From the IMG/VR virus record IMGVR_UViG_3300027126_000001: a stretch of 26,216 bases of DNA. One strand, 5' to 3'. Within the stretch, counting starts at the first letter, position 1. Each line of letters begins with the position of its first letter. This document shows, in pieces, positions 1-8,888 of this stretch. The notes under the pieces are model-generated. The model worked only from the letters and a program-made list of their open reading frames with translations. It did not search any database and was not told the origin of the DNA. Source of the stretch: a virus. Its lineage: Duplodnaviria; Heunggongvirae; Uroviricota; Caudoviricetes. The position numbers and the translations under genes are program-made.

Positions 1-194
1 TCAGGAAGAAAGCTACCTAAGGTTATGTACATGAATGCATCGAAAATGTATTCGTTTAGCTCAAGAGCCTTACCCATATAACCTGTAACAAGGTCTACTA
101 TAATGGCAATTACCATTACCATAAATGACATGAATCCAATTACAACTTTTTCGTTATAATCATTTGACTTTTTAAAAATGCTGAAAAATCCCAT
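1..194 (-). CDS. Membrane protein, 3' end truncated by window edge (MGFFSIFKKSNDYNEKVVIGFMSFMVMVIAIIVDLVTG...)
   Basis: Manual translation: ATG at 194, open to position 1, long hydrophobic segment. Not in the ORF track. Confidence 0.7.
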   Translation of the reverse strand, partial: MGFFSIFKKSNDYNEKVVIGFMSFMVMVIAIIVDLVTGYMGKALELNEYIFDAFMYITLGSFLP

Positions 195-281
195 AAAATA
201 TTTTTTAAGTTAGTTAGGGTATAACTAATTGGTAATAACAAAATTTTATAGTAACTTATTCAATTTATAATAAATAGGCAT

Positions 282-307
282 AAAAAAAAGAGGCACAAGG
301 CCTCTTT
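282..307 (-). terminator. Intrinsic terminator
   Basis: Minus strand AAAGAGGC-CTTGT-GCCTCTTT stem-loop followed by a T run, just downstream of the 329..562 gene. Confidence 0.75.
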
Positions 308-328
308 GGTGTTTAAGTAAAGTCTGTT

Positions 329-562
329 CTACTCTCCTATGTTCATATGTTTTAATTCCTTTGGTAGGAACTCAGTATTGACATGGCCGCAGGCCTTGCA
401 CGCGAATACCGGAATAGGCATGTAAGTGGTTTGGCCGGTACCTGTTAAAAGTCCCGATGCCTTTCTAATGTGAAGAGCTTCTTCAAAAAATGTATGATTA
501 CATTTCTCGCATTCTACCGGAAGTGTTTGATCAATCGATAGGTTTAATCTTGGTTGTTCCAT
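329..562 (-). CDS. Small Zn-ribbon protein
   Basis: CEKC...CKAC cysteine pairs. Likely start MEQPRL at 562 (ORF track starts at 586). Confidence 0.7.
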   Translation of the reverse strand: MEQPRLNLSIDQTLPVECEKCNHTFFEEALHIRKASGLLTGTGQTTYMPIPVFACKACGHVNTEFLPKELKHMNIGE

Positions 563-819
563 TGTTTTTGTTTTTGTGGTGTACATAGTTCATCCACCTT
601 AGCCTCAACACTGACAATGCTGAATACTGTTGCAGGTGACATTTCTGGGTTTTGTAACGAAAGTGATACTACCTTTTTCAACACTACATCTAGATTTTGT
701 GCAACCATTGCTGCACGAACAATCTCCACTATTGTACCAATTGATTTTTGGTGTGGACTATTCTGCAATAGTCTACCTTCTTGTAATAATTCGTGATACT
801 TTGCTACTGAATCTGACAT
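544..819 (-). CDS. Hypothetical protein
   Basis: 91-aa ORF tiling with neighbours on the coding strand. Confidence 0.6.
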   Translation of the reverse strand: MSDSVAKYHELLQEGRLLQNSPHQKSIGTIVEIVRAAMVAQNLDVVLKKVVSLSLQNPEMSPATVFSIVSVEAKVDELCTPQKQKQWNNQD

Positions 820-822
820 GTG

Positions 823-1122
823 TTATTTCTTCTTAGGGTAGTACTTCCTCTTCTTCTTAGTAGGTGTTGTTACTATGTCTACAAGATCTTTTGCCAACTG
901 CTGTGACTCTTCCTGTGTGGTAGGTGTATTTGTTACCTTGTCAATTTCTTTGATAAGTTCTTTTGCCGACTCTGTAAGACGGGCTTTTGTAGTATCCGGG
1001 GTAGTTGGAGTATCCTCTTCCATACTCTTTAACGTAGGCTGGTCTTTTGTTAGATAGTACCCAACTCCTGCCGACATTAACACTATAGATACAATTAGGA
1101 TGATAATTTCAATTCCGTTCAT
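823..1122 (-). CDS. Membrane-anchored hypothetical protein with basic C-terminus
   Basis: N-terminal hydrophobic helix IIILIVSIVLMSAGVGYYL and C-terminal KKKRKYYPKKK. Confidence 0.7.
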   Translation of the reverse strand: MNGIEIIILIVSIVLMSAGVGYYLTKDQPTLKSMEEDTPTTPDTTKARLTESAKELIKEIDKVTNTPTTQEESQQLAKDLVDIVTTPTKKKRKYYPKKK

Positions 1123-1136
1123 ATTGCTTTGTTTTG

Positions 1137-1222
1137 TCCCCCCTCCTTGGGTGGGGTGTTAGTAAAATTTGCGCGTGGCACCTTCGGTGAGGAGAGAAAG
1201 CCCCCTCCCCCCCTGCCGGTCC
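1137..1222. other. GC-rich structured intergenic element (possible ncRNA or regulatory RNA)
   Basis: C/G homopolymer runs and several potential hairpins (minus strand GGAGGGG-GCTT-TCTCTCC, CACC-GAA-GGTG, CCCCACC-CAA-GGAGGGG) in otherwise AT-rich DNA. No ORF. Confidence 0.4.
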
Positions 1223-1396
1223 TTACTTTGCTTTTGATTCTTCTGTTGAAGCTTTTCTATATTCTGTGATTAATTTCTTAACCTCTCCAATTGCTTTACG
1301 TGCATTGGCTTGTGACTTCTTAGTTGTTCCGTTGTGTTGTGCAACGAATTCTTCATACAACCCATCAATCTTTTCGAATAACTCTTGTTTGTTCAT
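1223..1396 (-). CDS. Hc1/histone H1-like small basic protein (57 aa)
   Basis: Manual translation MNKQELFEKIDGLYEEFVAQHNGTTKKSQANARKAIGEVKKLITEYRKASTEESKAK. The ARKA..E.KKL..EYRK.S pattern resembles Bacteroidota/Chlamydia Hc1. Below the ORF-track length cutoff. Confidence 0.65.
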   Translation of the reverse strand: MNKQELFEKIDGLYEEFVAQHNGTTKKSQANARKAIGEVKKLITEYRKASTEESKAK

Positions 1397-1418
1397 TTTG
1401 TTTGATTTTAAATTAGTA

Positions 1419-3053
1419 TTACATGAACATGCTAGGATCTACTCCTGCGTCTTGTCCATCTTTCTCTTTTATACTTGTGATAATACATTCTGTAATTAAC
1501 ATTGTTCCTGCTACTGATGCTGCATTCTCTAAAGCAAGTCTTGTTACTTTAGTCGGATCGATGATTCCTTCTGTGAGCATATTTACATACTCTCCAACTC
1601 TAGGATTAAACCCTTGCCAAATATCTCCGTCTACTAACCTTACCATTCTTTCGTTAATAGTGTCTTGAGTTTCACCTGCATTTAAAAGTATCTGTTCGAA
1701 TGGCTTTGTAATTGCTCTCCTTACGATATCGAATCCTTTTTGTTGATCTGGATGAGAAGCTACTGATGGATTGTTGTATAGGTATGCTGCTGCATTTAGT
1801 AAAGCGATACCACCACCTGGTAAGATTCCTTCTTGAAGTGCTGCTTTAGTTGCATGAAGAGCATCATCTACTCTATCTTTCTTCTCTTTCATTTCAACTT
1901 CCGTATGACCTCCAACATGAATCATAGCTACTCCTCCAATAAGTTTTGCCAATCTGTCCTGTAAGATTTCTTTCTCGTAAGGTGAAACTGTATTATCGAT
2001 TTGTTCTTTTAACTCTTCGATTCTTTTTGTAATAGCTTCTTCAGATCCTTTCCCATCTACAATGGTAGTATCATCTTTACCTACTGTTACTTTTCTAGAC
2101 TTACCAAACCATTCTAAGTTGAATTTATCTAGCTTCATTCCTTTCTCTTCTGATACAACTGTACCTCCTGTTAGAGCTGCAATGTCTTCTAGCATAGCTT
2201 TCTTCTTGTCTCCAAATTCAGGAGCTTTAACTGCTACTACTCTCAAGATACCTCTCATCTTGTTTACAACAAGTGTTGATAAAGCCTCTCCATCAATATC
2301 GTCTGCAATGATAAGCAAGTCTTTATTTTGTTGTGATACTGATTCTAATAATGGAAGCATCTCTTTTACATGTTGGATTCTTTTATCTGTGATAAGAATT
2401 AAGGGATTGTTTAGCACTGAAGTCATGGTACTATTATCTGTAACAAAGTATGGAGATTTATATCCTCTATTGAATTGCATACCCTCTACAGTTTCAAGAT
2501 AAGTCTCTCCTGTTTTGGATTCTTCAATAGTTACTAATCCATCTCTACCAACTTTATCCATTGCTGTTGCAATAAGATTTCCTACCTCTGGATCGTTGTT
2601 ACCTGAGATTGTTGCTACTTGTTTGATTTGCTCTTCATCTGTGATGTCTTTCGAGTATTGATCTCTCAAGTAGTTGACTACTGCTTTAGTTGCAATGTCG
2701 ATACCTCGCTTTACTTCTACTGCATTTGAGTTATCCAACTCGGCTAAACCTTGTTTGTAAATCTCTCTTGCAAGTAATGTTGCTGTTGTAGTTCCATCTC
2801 CAGCCAATCTTGCTGATTCGATTGCAACTTGTTTTACAGCTTGTGCTCCAGTATTTTCGATTGGATCTTCCAATACTACTTCTTTTGCTACTGTTACACC
2901 ATCCTTTGTTGATGTTGGATTACCTCCCTGTTGTTGAATGAATACATTCCTACCTGAAGGCCCTAATGTACATACAACTGCGTCCGCTAACTGGTCTACT
3001 CCTGAAAGTAGCTTCTCTCTGGCTTCTTTTGAAAAACTAATTTGTTTACTCAT
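1419..3053 (-). CDS. groL: Chaperonin GroEL
   Basis: TLGPSGRNV, TKDGVTVAKE, AGDGTTTATLLA, GGVAMIHVG and GIIDPTKVTRLALENAASVAG motifs; 544 aa. Confidence 0.98.
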   Translation of the reverse strand: MSKQISFSKEAREKLLSGVDQLADAVVCTLGPSGRNVFIQQQGGNPTSTKDGVTVAKEVVLEDPIENTGAQAVKQVAIESARLAGDGTTTATLLAREIYKQGLAELDNSNAVEVKRGIDIATKAVVNYLRDQYSKDITDEEQIKQVATISGNNDPEVGNLIATAMDKVGRDGLVTIEESKTGETYLETVEGMQFNRGYKSPYFVTDNSTMTSVLNNPLILITDKRIQHVKEMLPLLESVSQQNKDLLIIADDIDGEALSTLVVNKMRGILRVVAVKAPEFGDKKKAMLEDIAALTGGTVVSEEKGMKLDKFNLEWFGKSRKVTVGKDDTTIVDGKGSEEAITKRIEELKEQIDNTVSPYEKEILQDRLAKLIGGVAMIHVGGHTEVEMKEKKDRVDDALHATKAALQEGILPGGGIALLNAAAYLYNNPSVASHPDQQKGFDIVRRAITKPFEQILLNAGETQDTINERMVRLVDGDIWQGFNPRVGEYVNMLTEGIIDPTKVTRLALENAASVAGTMLITECIITSIKEKDGQDAGVDPSMFM

Positions 3054-3055
3054 AA

Positions 3056-3361
3056 CTACTCTTGTGATTCTTTAATTGTTGCTAAGATCTCTCTGTCTGG
3101 TGTAATAAAGTATTCCTCTCCTTCAAAATCAATTCGTAACGAACCGATCTTAGGTACTAGTATTACATCTCCTACTTTAGCTTTGACTTCTATCCATGTA
3201 CCGAACTCTGATTGTCGACCTGGACCTACTGCGATAACTTCTCCCATTTCTGGTTTTTCTTTTCCCATGTCCGGAATAATAATCGTTCCGTACATCTCTT
3301 CTCCTGTCTGTACAGGTTTGATAAGAACTCTATCGTTCTGTGGTGATAACTTTTTTGGCAT
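3056..3361 (-). CDS. groS: Co-chaperonin GroES
   Basis: PQNDRVLIK, GIIIPD-like mobile loop (GTIIIPD), KPEMGEVIAVGPG, VKVGD-like segment; immediately upstream of groEL. Confidence 0.95.
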   Translation of the reverse strand: MPKKLSPQNDRVLIKPVQTGEEMYGTIIIPDMGKEKPEMGEVIAVGPGRQSEFGTWIEVKAKVGDVILVPKIGSLRIDFEGEEYFITPDREILATIKESQE

Positions 3362-3392
3362 AAACTAATTTTAATTTTATAACTTATTTCTA

Positions 3393-3423
3393 TTAATATA
3401 AACTATTTTTTTCTAATATGCAA
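3393..3423 (-). promoter_or_regulatory. Bacteroidota sigma-A-type promoter upstream of groES
   Basis: TTG(3423-3421)-N20-TATATTAA(3400-3393). Confidence 0.7.
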
Positions 3424-3431
3424 CTATATTG

Positions 3432-3701
3432 CTAAAACTTATTGTCTAGATACGGTACACCCATAAAACCATGTATCCCTTCATTTTCTAACTGTATCTC
3501 ATACTGCTGCCAGTCTTCAGGTGATTGTGTTAAATCTCGCCAAGCAACATCGACACTGTATTTATCTGAGACTATAAAGCCCTCTTCGTCCTGTATAATA
3601 TGCCCTATTTCTACTATACTATGTAAATGGTACCCCAACTGTTGTATCTTTTGTTGAGCTTGTTGTTGTGTATCAAATTCGTATTTTGCAATTCTTATCA
3701 T
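3432..3701 (-). CDS. Hypothetical protein, companion of the fibre-like gene
   Basis: 89-aa ORF whose start overlaps the stop of 3698..5062 (ATGA). Confidence 0.65.
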   Translation of the reverse strand: MIRIAKYEFDTQQQAQQKIQQLGYHLHSIVEIGHIIQDEEGFIVSDKYSVDVAWRDLTQSPEDWQQYEIQLENEGIHGFMGVPYLDNKF

Positions 3702-5062
3702 GATGTTATTTCTACTAATTGTGAGTCTGTTAGTCTAGTTTTCCATAGTGCTGCGTAGTCAATACTAGCATCACCTTGTTGCCCTGAGTACCAGCTTCCT
3801 ACGTCAATTCTACTAAGCGGATTCCCAAAAGTCAACGTGCTTGTATTTGTTGCTACTTGTGCTCCATTTATATATAATTTAGAGTTACTTGAGCTATATG
3901 CTACAGCTACTCTAACACTGCCAGAGTATGATAGTGGACTTGTAAGTATTACTGTATCTCCTGTAGGTGTTGAACCTGATACGTGCACTGCTATTTGTGA
4001 ACTCTCCTCTCTACTGATATACACAAATGGTCCTGCACCCCCTGCCGGTATTGGGTATGACAGCCCTAGAATAATTGGATTTGATGCTGATATTGGAGCT
4101 GTAGGTAGATTTGCTTGAACGTAAATGGTACCCTCCTGCTGTCCTATTAAATCACTTGACGATGTTCTAAATAGTGAATCGGCTGTTCTTGTTACTGATT
4201 CACTGTTAGGTGTTTCGATATAACTTGTAGAGCCAAAGCCTCGTTCAAGTTGCAGGTACGCCAAGTCATGGTAAAAGCTTGCACTTAGGTATCTTCGGTT
4301 ATTTAGTGTACCTGACCCTGTAGTTGGTGCTAAGTATATAAAACGTGATGTACCACTGCCACTGTGATTAAACGTTATGTTTAGTTTGTAACTTGCGGTG
4401 TTATCGAGTTTTTCGTAAGATGCTGTGTAATATTTACTGTCAAATGTGCTTGTAAATATTCTACTTTCAAAATCAAATGCTATTTGCGGGTTTGATAGAC
4501 CTGTTGTAGCAGATCCTGTGGCCCATACAAAACTGCTAAGATACATCCACAAATTACGTACATTACCTTGTCTGACTACTGTGGAAAGTGTGTAGTACCC
4601 CGATCCTGATAGTGGCCCTAATCGGTAGGCGAGGCTTCCTGTTATATCACTTCCCCCTGTTCCCGCTGTTCCCGCTCTACTTCCTGTGTAGGTAAATCTT
4701 GTTGCAGGCAACCCTGCTATAGGTGCAATACTTTGTGTCTGCAGTAAGTAGTCTATACCGTCTCTCCATGCTTTGTTTGCAGACGAAGCAGTCACATACG
4801 GTGTTCCTGACAGCCCTATTTCGTTCAAGCTCTGTCTTTCTATCAATGTAGATGGGTAGGTACTTCCGGAATTATATGTCAACCTAGGTACATCTACTGA
4901 TCGTGTCACAAATTGACTCTGACTTGTAAATACATACCCTGAGGAGTTTCTTACAAATTGAAAATCCCCAGAGGTTGTGTTGTTAGGTATAGCTGTATAG
5001 ATGTCTCCTACTTTAAACCCTGTAGGAGTTATTAATAAACTTGCACTCTGTATTAATGTCAT
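3698..5062 (-). CDS. Putative virion fibre/decoration protein with C-terminal LamG/ConA-like lectin domain
   Basis: Ser/Thr/Gly-rich; PRLTY..., LQLERG..STSYIET....VTRTAD segment, and C-terminal VAVAYS..SKLYING..., IDYAALWKTRLTDSQL typical of phage LamG-like domains. Confidence 0.55.
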   Translation of the reverse strand: MTLIQSASLLITPTGFKVGDIYTAIPNNTTSGDFQFVRNSSGYVFTSQSQFVTRSVDVPRLTYNSGSTYPSTLIERQSLNEIGLSGTPYVTASSANKAWRDGIDYLLQTQSIAPIAGLPATRFTYTGSRAGTAGTGGSDITGSLAYRLGPLSGSGYYTLSTVVRQGNVRNLWMYLSSFVWATGSATTGLSNPQIAFDFESRIFTSTFDSKYYTASYEKLDNTASYKLNITFNHSGSGTSRFIYLAPTTGSGTLNNRRYLSASFYHDLAYLQLERGFGSTSYIETPNSESVTRTADSLFRTSSSDLIGQQEGTIYVQANLPTAPISASNPIILGLSYPIPAGGAGPFVYISREESSQIAVHVSGSTPTGDTVILTSPLSYSGSVRVAVAYSSSNSKLYINGAQVATNTSTLTFGNPLSRIDVGSWYSGQQGDASIDYAALWKTRLTDSQLVEITS

Positions 5063-5076
5063 ATAATTTCGTATAT

Positions 5077-5089
5077 ATTATAAATAGTA
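5077..5089 (-). promoter_or_regulatory. Second-class (possibly late) upstream motif TACTATTTATAAT
   Basis: Identical 13-mer also at 14957-14969 and 16300-16312, each 9-15 nt upstream of a start codon. Confidence 0.55.
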
Positions 5090-5102
5090 CATAGTATGGC
5101 TT

Positions 5103-7436
5103 TTAATGACCCTCGGCGAAGTTGTTTGCTATCTGCGGTGGTGCTTTTAAGGTTACTCCTGGAAGTTGTGTTGTGTTTTCCATCAACTCTTGTACATAAG
5201 GCATGAACATTTCTGCTTGATCTTCTCTTATGTTTATAATCAACTGGTCATGAATCTGAGCTTGTACTCTGGCATCTACTCCTAGTTCTTTTGCTTTTCT
5301 GTTAATTTGAATTGCTGCTCTGTTTACAACCGCTGCTGCAAGTGATTGTAACTGGTAGTTCAAGCAGTTGTTCAATCCATTTCGATAATCCCTATACATC
5401 TGCATTACAGGATCTTTCCCGTAGGTAGTCTCTAAATCCTTTCTAAATCTCCAATCTAATACTTGATCTCCAAATTTCTCAAAGATAAGTTTTACTTTTG
5501 GTAAGTGACGAATACGTCCTACTTTATTCTGAATAAAGCCATGCTTCTTTACCTGCTCTCTAGAGTTGATTCTCCATTCTTTTAATTGAGGAAAACCATC
5601 CAAGTATCCTTCCACTAAAGTGTCTGCTTCTTTCTGAGATATGTCTAAAGTCTTTGCTAATGCATATGCTTCCATTCCGTATGCAATTCCTAATGAGTAG
5701 GCTTTAGCTTGATTTCTTTTTACTGGGTCTAATTTTTTTAAAAAGATAGGTGATTTAGTATCAGGTGAAACACCGTTTGGATATTTTACTTTATCTTGAT
5801 CCAACTTCTCAGTTCTAATAGCGACAGTAGAATAGAAATCCCATCCGTTGTTAAAAATTTCTTGAAGATTAATATCACCTGCTACAGAAGCAAAGCAGTG
5901 AGGTTCTAGAGAAGTATAGTCATTATCGATTAACTTTCTTCCTACTCCTGCAATTAAAAACTCTCTTACTACATTTGTGTATTTTACAAGCAGTGGGGTA
6001 TCTTCTCCTTCCTCTTTAGGTTTAGGTAATTGCTGAGCATCTGAACCGTATCGTCCTGATACTGTACCGTTTTGTTTGTAATAGAAGTAATACCTTCCAT
6101 CCTCTTGTCCATCTAGAAACCTGTCGATGTAGGTTGACTTAATCTTTAGTAACTTATTATATGTTCTAAGATTATTTGCCCACTCGTATGTCTTAGACAA
6201 CTCCTCTAACATATCCATATCGAATTGATCTTGACCTTTTTTAGTCTGAGTGAGAGGTTTAATGCCCATGTACTTAAATGCAATCTCACCTAAGTGTCTT
6301 TTAGATTGAATATTCAAATACTCTCCTTCATTCTCTTCCTTCCACATTGACATAGAGATTCTAACAACTTCCATCTCATCTAATAGAGATAAGTCTCCTG
6401 TTAGTAAAAACTGCTTTACGTTACTCTCCTCTAACTCCTCAATAGCTTTTTTAGTTAATGTATACTTTCCGGTCTTAGCACTTCTTTCTAATGGAAGAGA
6501 ATGGAGCATAATTAAGTTCTGTGCCCAATTTCCTTTACTAGAAGGCGGGTAAGTATTTAGAGCTGTATCAACTACCCATTCTTTCGCTTCTGGGATATCT
6601 AAAATACTGTTAATTACGATTCTCTTATTTAATTCTAAATCGTTTGTAATATCCTCTTTAGTCTTTTCCAGTAATGGAAGATCTAGAGCTACCCCTAATT
6701 CCTCCATAGGTACTGTTACTTCTTTATAGAGAGGCATTACTTCGTCTTCAAAGAAGAATTTTTCTAGTTCTTCCTCTTTTAGTACTTTTATAAAGTGATT
6801 ACAAACTCTTAAAGTTAAGTCCGTATCAGCAGCAGCATACTTGGAAAGGATTGCCATATCTGCTTTAAAGATTTCGTAAAGATCTTTTGTAGTCGATCCA
6901 CCATTCTTCTTTATCGATTCCTTCAACTCCAACTGCTCTTGGTTGGCTGCTTTTTCAACATCTAACCCTATGTGCTGCTGGATGGAGATTGCTAAAGGCT
7001 TTAGTCCAAACACACCCATACCGGCACCCTCTTCCTGTACTGTATGCACAAGGAGCGCTGTATCTACCCAAAGATCTTCCAGTAATGATACTCCATAGAA
7101 GTTCTTAGTAATACGGCAGTCAAAAGAAGCATTGTGCATTACTAGCCTCTTACCCTTTAACATCGGTAGTAGCTTTTTAGTAATACCATGTGCTCCTTTT
7201 CCGCCAATGGTACATTCCTCCAATTGATTTGTTTCTGTATTCCATTTCTGAGTTGGAAGGTAAAATCCTATTCCTTCCTCGCCTGATACAGACCATCCTA
7301 CAACTTGATCTTTTCTTACGTTCAATCCTGTTGTTTCAGTATCGTAAGCAAGAACTTCTGATTGATTAATATGTTCGATAAGGAGGTTGATAGTCTCAAT
7401 ACTGTCGACGTGGTAGTACCTCTTTTCTATTTGCAT
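5103..7436 (-). CDS. polA: Family A DNA polymerase with 3'-5' exonuclease domain
   Basis: Exo I DTETTG, Exo II HNASFD, Exo III YAAADT; polymerase motifs TVSGRYGS, DYTSLEPH (A), RNQAKAYSLGIAYG (B), QIHDQL (C). Likely start MQIEKR at 7436 (ORF track starts at 7478). Confidence 0.95.
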   Translation of the reverse strand: MQIEKRYYHVDSIETINLLIEHINQSEVLAYDTETTGLNVRKDQVVGWSVSGEEGIGFYLPTQKWNTETNQLEECTIGGKGAHGITKKLLPMLKGKRLVMHNASFDCRITKNFYGVSLLEDLWVDTALLVHTVQEEGAGMGVFGLKPLAISIQQHIGLDVEKAANQEQLELKESIKKNGGSTTKDLYEIFKADMAILSKYAAADTDLTLRVCNHFIKVLKEEELEKFFFEDEVMPLYKEVTVPMEELGVALDLPLLEKTKEDITNDLELNKRIVINSILDIPEAKEWVVDTALNTYPPSSKGNWAQNLIMLHSLPLERSAKTGKYTLTKKAIEELEESNVKQFLLTGDLSLLDEMEVVRISMSMWKEENEGEYLNIQSKRHLGEIAFKYMGIKPLTQTKKGQDQFDMDMLEELSKTYEWANNLRTYNKLLKIKSTYIDRFLDGQEDGRYYFYYKQNGTVSGRYGSDAQQLPKPKEEGEDTPLLVKYTNVVREFLIAGVGRKLIDNDYTSLEPHCFASVAGDINLQEIFNNGWDFYSTVAIRTEKLDQDKVKYPNGVSPDTKSPIFLKKLDPVKRNQAKAYSLGIAYGMEAYALAKTLDISQKEADTLVEGYLDGFPQLKEWRINSREQVKKHGFIQNKVGRIRHLPKVKLIFEKFGDQVLDWRFRKDLETTYGKDPVMQMYRDYRNGLNNCLNYQLQSLAAAVVNRAAIQINRKAKELGVDARVQAQIHDQLIINIREDQAEMFMPYVQELMENTTQLPGVTLKAPPQIANNFAEGH

Positions 7437-7455
7437 AACTGATTTTATTATTGTG

Positions 7456-7486
7456 TAAAGGTAATAAAAGAGCTGCAATTAAGCAA
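7456..7486 (-). promoter_or_regulatory. Bacteroidota sigma-A-type promoter upstream of polA
   Basis: TTG(7486-7484)-N20-TACCTTTA(7463-7456). Confidence 0.6.
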
Positions 7487-7961
7487 CTCTTTCTTCAAAC
7501 TTTTTTATAATTACATTTGTTTCTACAGGTAACCATACCCCAATTGCTCCGTTCCTCAGGTATGACATCTTTATATTACTCTTTGATACTCTGTCATTAA
7601 TGTAATTTCTCATTTGATTTACATTATAGTAGTATACTTTTTCGGTAACTAAACTGTAACATATAATCCAATCCGACTTAGTTGTGTGAAACCATCCTAA
7701 TACCCCTTCTTTCTTATATAGTTCTAAAAAAGTTAGACCTGTTTCTGAGATATTTGTTTTAATATCCGCCCTATCCCAGGCATTAGTTTCTGTGTTTAAA
7801 AACTCTATATCTAAGCCTTTTTGTTGGTAGGCTTTGTTTTCGGTATAGTCTGTTAAATCCCGTACCTGTAACTTTTTGGATAAAATCTCAATAACGGCTT
7901 GTTCACCAAGACCTCCCTTTTTTAGATTCTCCAGGAAGGTCTGTTGTGTACCTGCCTCCAT
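7479..7961 (-). CDS. Putative PD-(D/E)XK restriction-endonuclease-fold protein
   Basis: GGLGEQAV helix, GLDIEF and ADIKTN (D-x-K) motifs, followed by FLELY. Confidence 0.55.
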   Translation of the reverse strand: MEAGTQQTFLENLKKGGLGEQAVIEILSKKLQVRDLTDYTENKAYQQKGLDIEFLNTETNAWDRADIKTNISETGLTFLELYKKEGVLGWFHTTKSDWIICYSLVTEKVYYYNVNQMRNYINDRVSKSNIKMSYLRNGAIGVWLPVETNVIIKKFEERVA

Positions 7962-8887
7962 TATTGTCGTAATGTTTTTGACATTCTACATTTAATGTCT
8001 GTAAAGAAGCTTGGAATTAATTCTTTATGTGAAGCTCTAATTGGATTAATATCTAATCCTCCTCTACGAGTATAAAGACAAGCTACCATTAATTCTTCTG
8101 GACTGTAAGCTTCTTTTAAGTGCATATAAATCATCTCACAAATTTCTTCATGGAAGTGACTTACTTGTCTATGACTTACAATATATTTTGCTAATGATTC
8201 TAAATCAGGAACAACTCCTGCTGTTGGCTTAATGTGAATAAATACATCACCCCAGTCTGGTTGGTTTGTTACTCTACAATTTGATCTTAATAGATTAGAC
8301 TGTACTTTTATTTCTCCAATTTCAAAGTCTTCAGCTACTTCTTCTGCTTTTAACTGTGTAGCATCTGAATGGTAAGAAGTAAATTCGATTTTGTTTAAGT
8401 CAACTAAAGCATCTAGTGGTGCATATCCTTTGAAGGCATAGCTTGGAGAATGATCTGAAGTGAACATCTCTACTTGTACTTTTGTTTGTAGTAAGTCAGA
8501 TAAGTCTTTCTTTACTCTTTGTTTTAGTAACTTAATACATTCATGATCTGTATCTCCTAATTGTGTCATATTGAATGAATTCAAATACAATTTAATTGAT
8601 TTAGACTCTACGTGAAGTTTTGAATCTGCTGGATACCAAATCTTTAGCATTCCAACTACTGGAAGTCCTTTTGTAGTAATTGCAGATACTTCATATGCAT
8701 TCCATACATCTCCTCCTACGAATGGAAGATTATTATCGTCAATTACATACGCTTCTCTATTCAAGTAACGTGGAATTTCTACCAATAGGCTCGGATCATA
8801 AGTATCGCTATAACCTGCTCCACCTACTTGTCCTAGATGCTTTCCTGCAATCTTTACAACTTCTGCTTGATTTAATTCTTGTGTCAT
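7961..8887 (-). CDS. queF: NADPH-dependent preQ0 reductase QueF (two-module type)
   Basis: QueF motif ESKSIKLYLNSF, catalytic SNCRVTNQPDWG, FHEEICE and YTRRGGLDINP. Confidence 0.93.
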   Translation of the reverse strand: MTQELNQAEVVKIAGKHLGQVGGAGYSDTYDPSLLVEIPRYLNREAYVIDDNNLPFVGGDVWNAYEVSAITTKGLPVVGMLKIWYPADSKLHVESKSIKLYLNSFNMTQLGDTDHECIKLLKQRVKKDLSDLLQTKVQVEMFTSDHSPSYAFKGYAPLDALVDLNKIEFTSYHSDATQLKAEEVAEDFEIGEIKVQSNLLRSNCRVTNQPDWGDVFIHIKPTAGVVPDLESLAKYIVSHRQVSHFHEEICEMIYMHLKEAYSPEELMVACLYTRRGGLDINPIRASHKELIPSFFTDIKCRMSKTLRQ

Positions 8888-8888
8888 A

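Noticed and set aside
1137-1222. tRNA gene in the GC-rich intergenic stretch
   Set aside because: No cloverleaf, T-loop GTTC(G/A)A or acceptor stem could be found on either strand.
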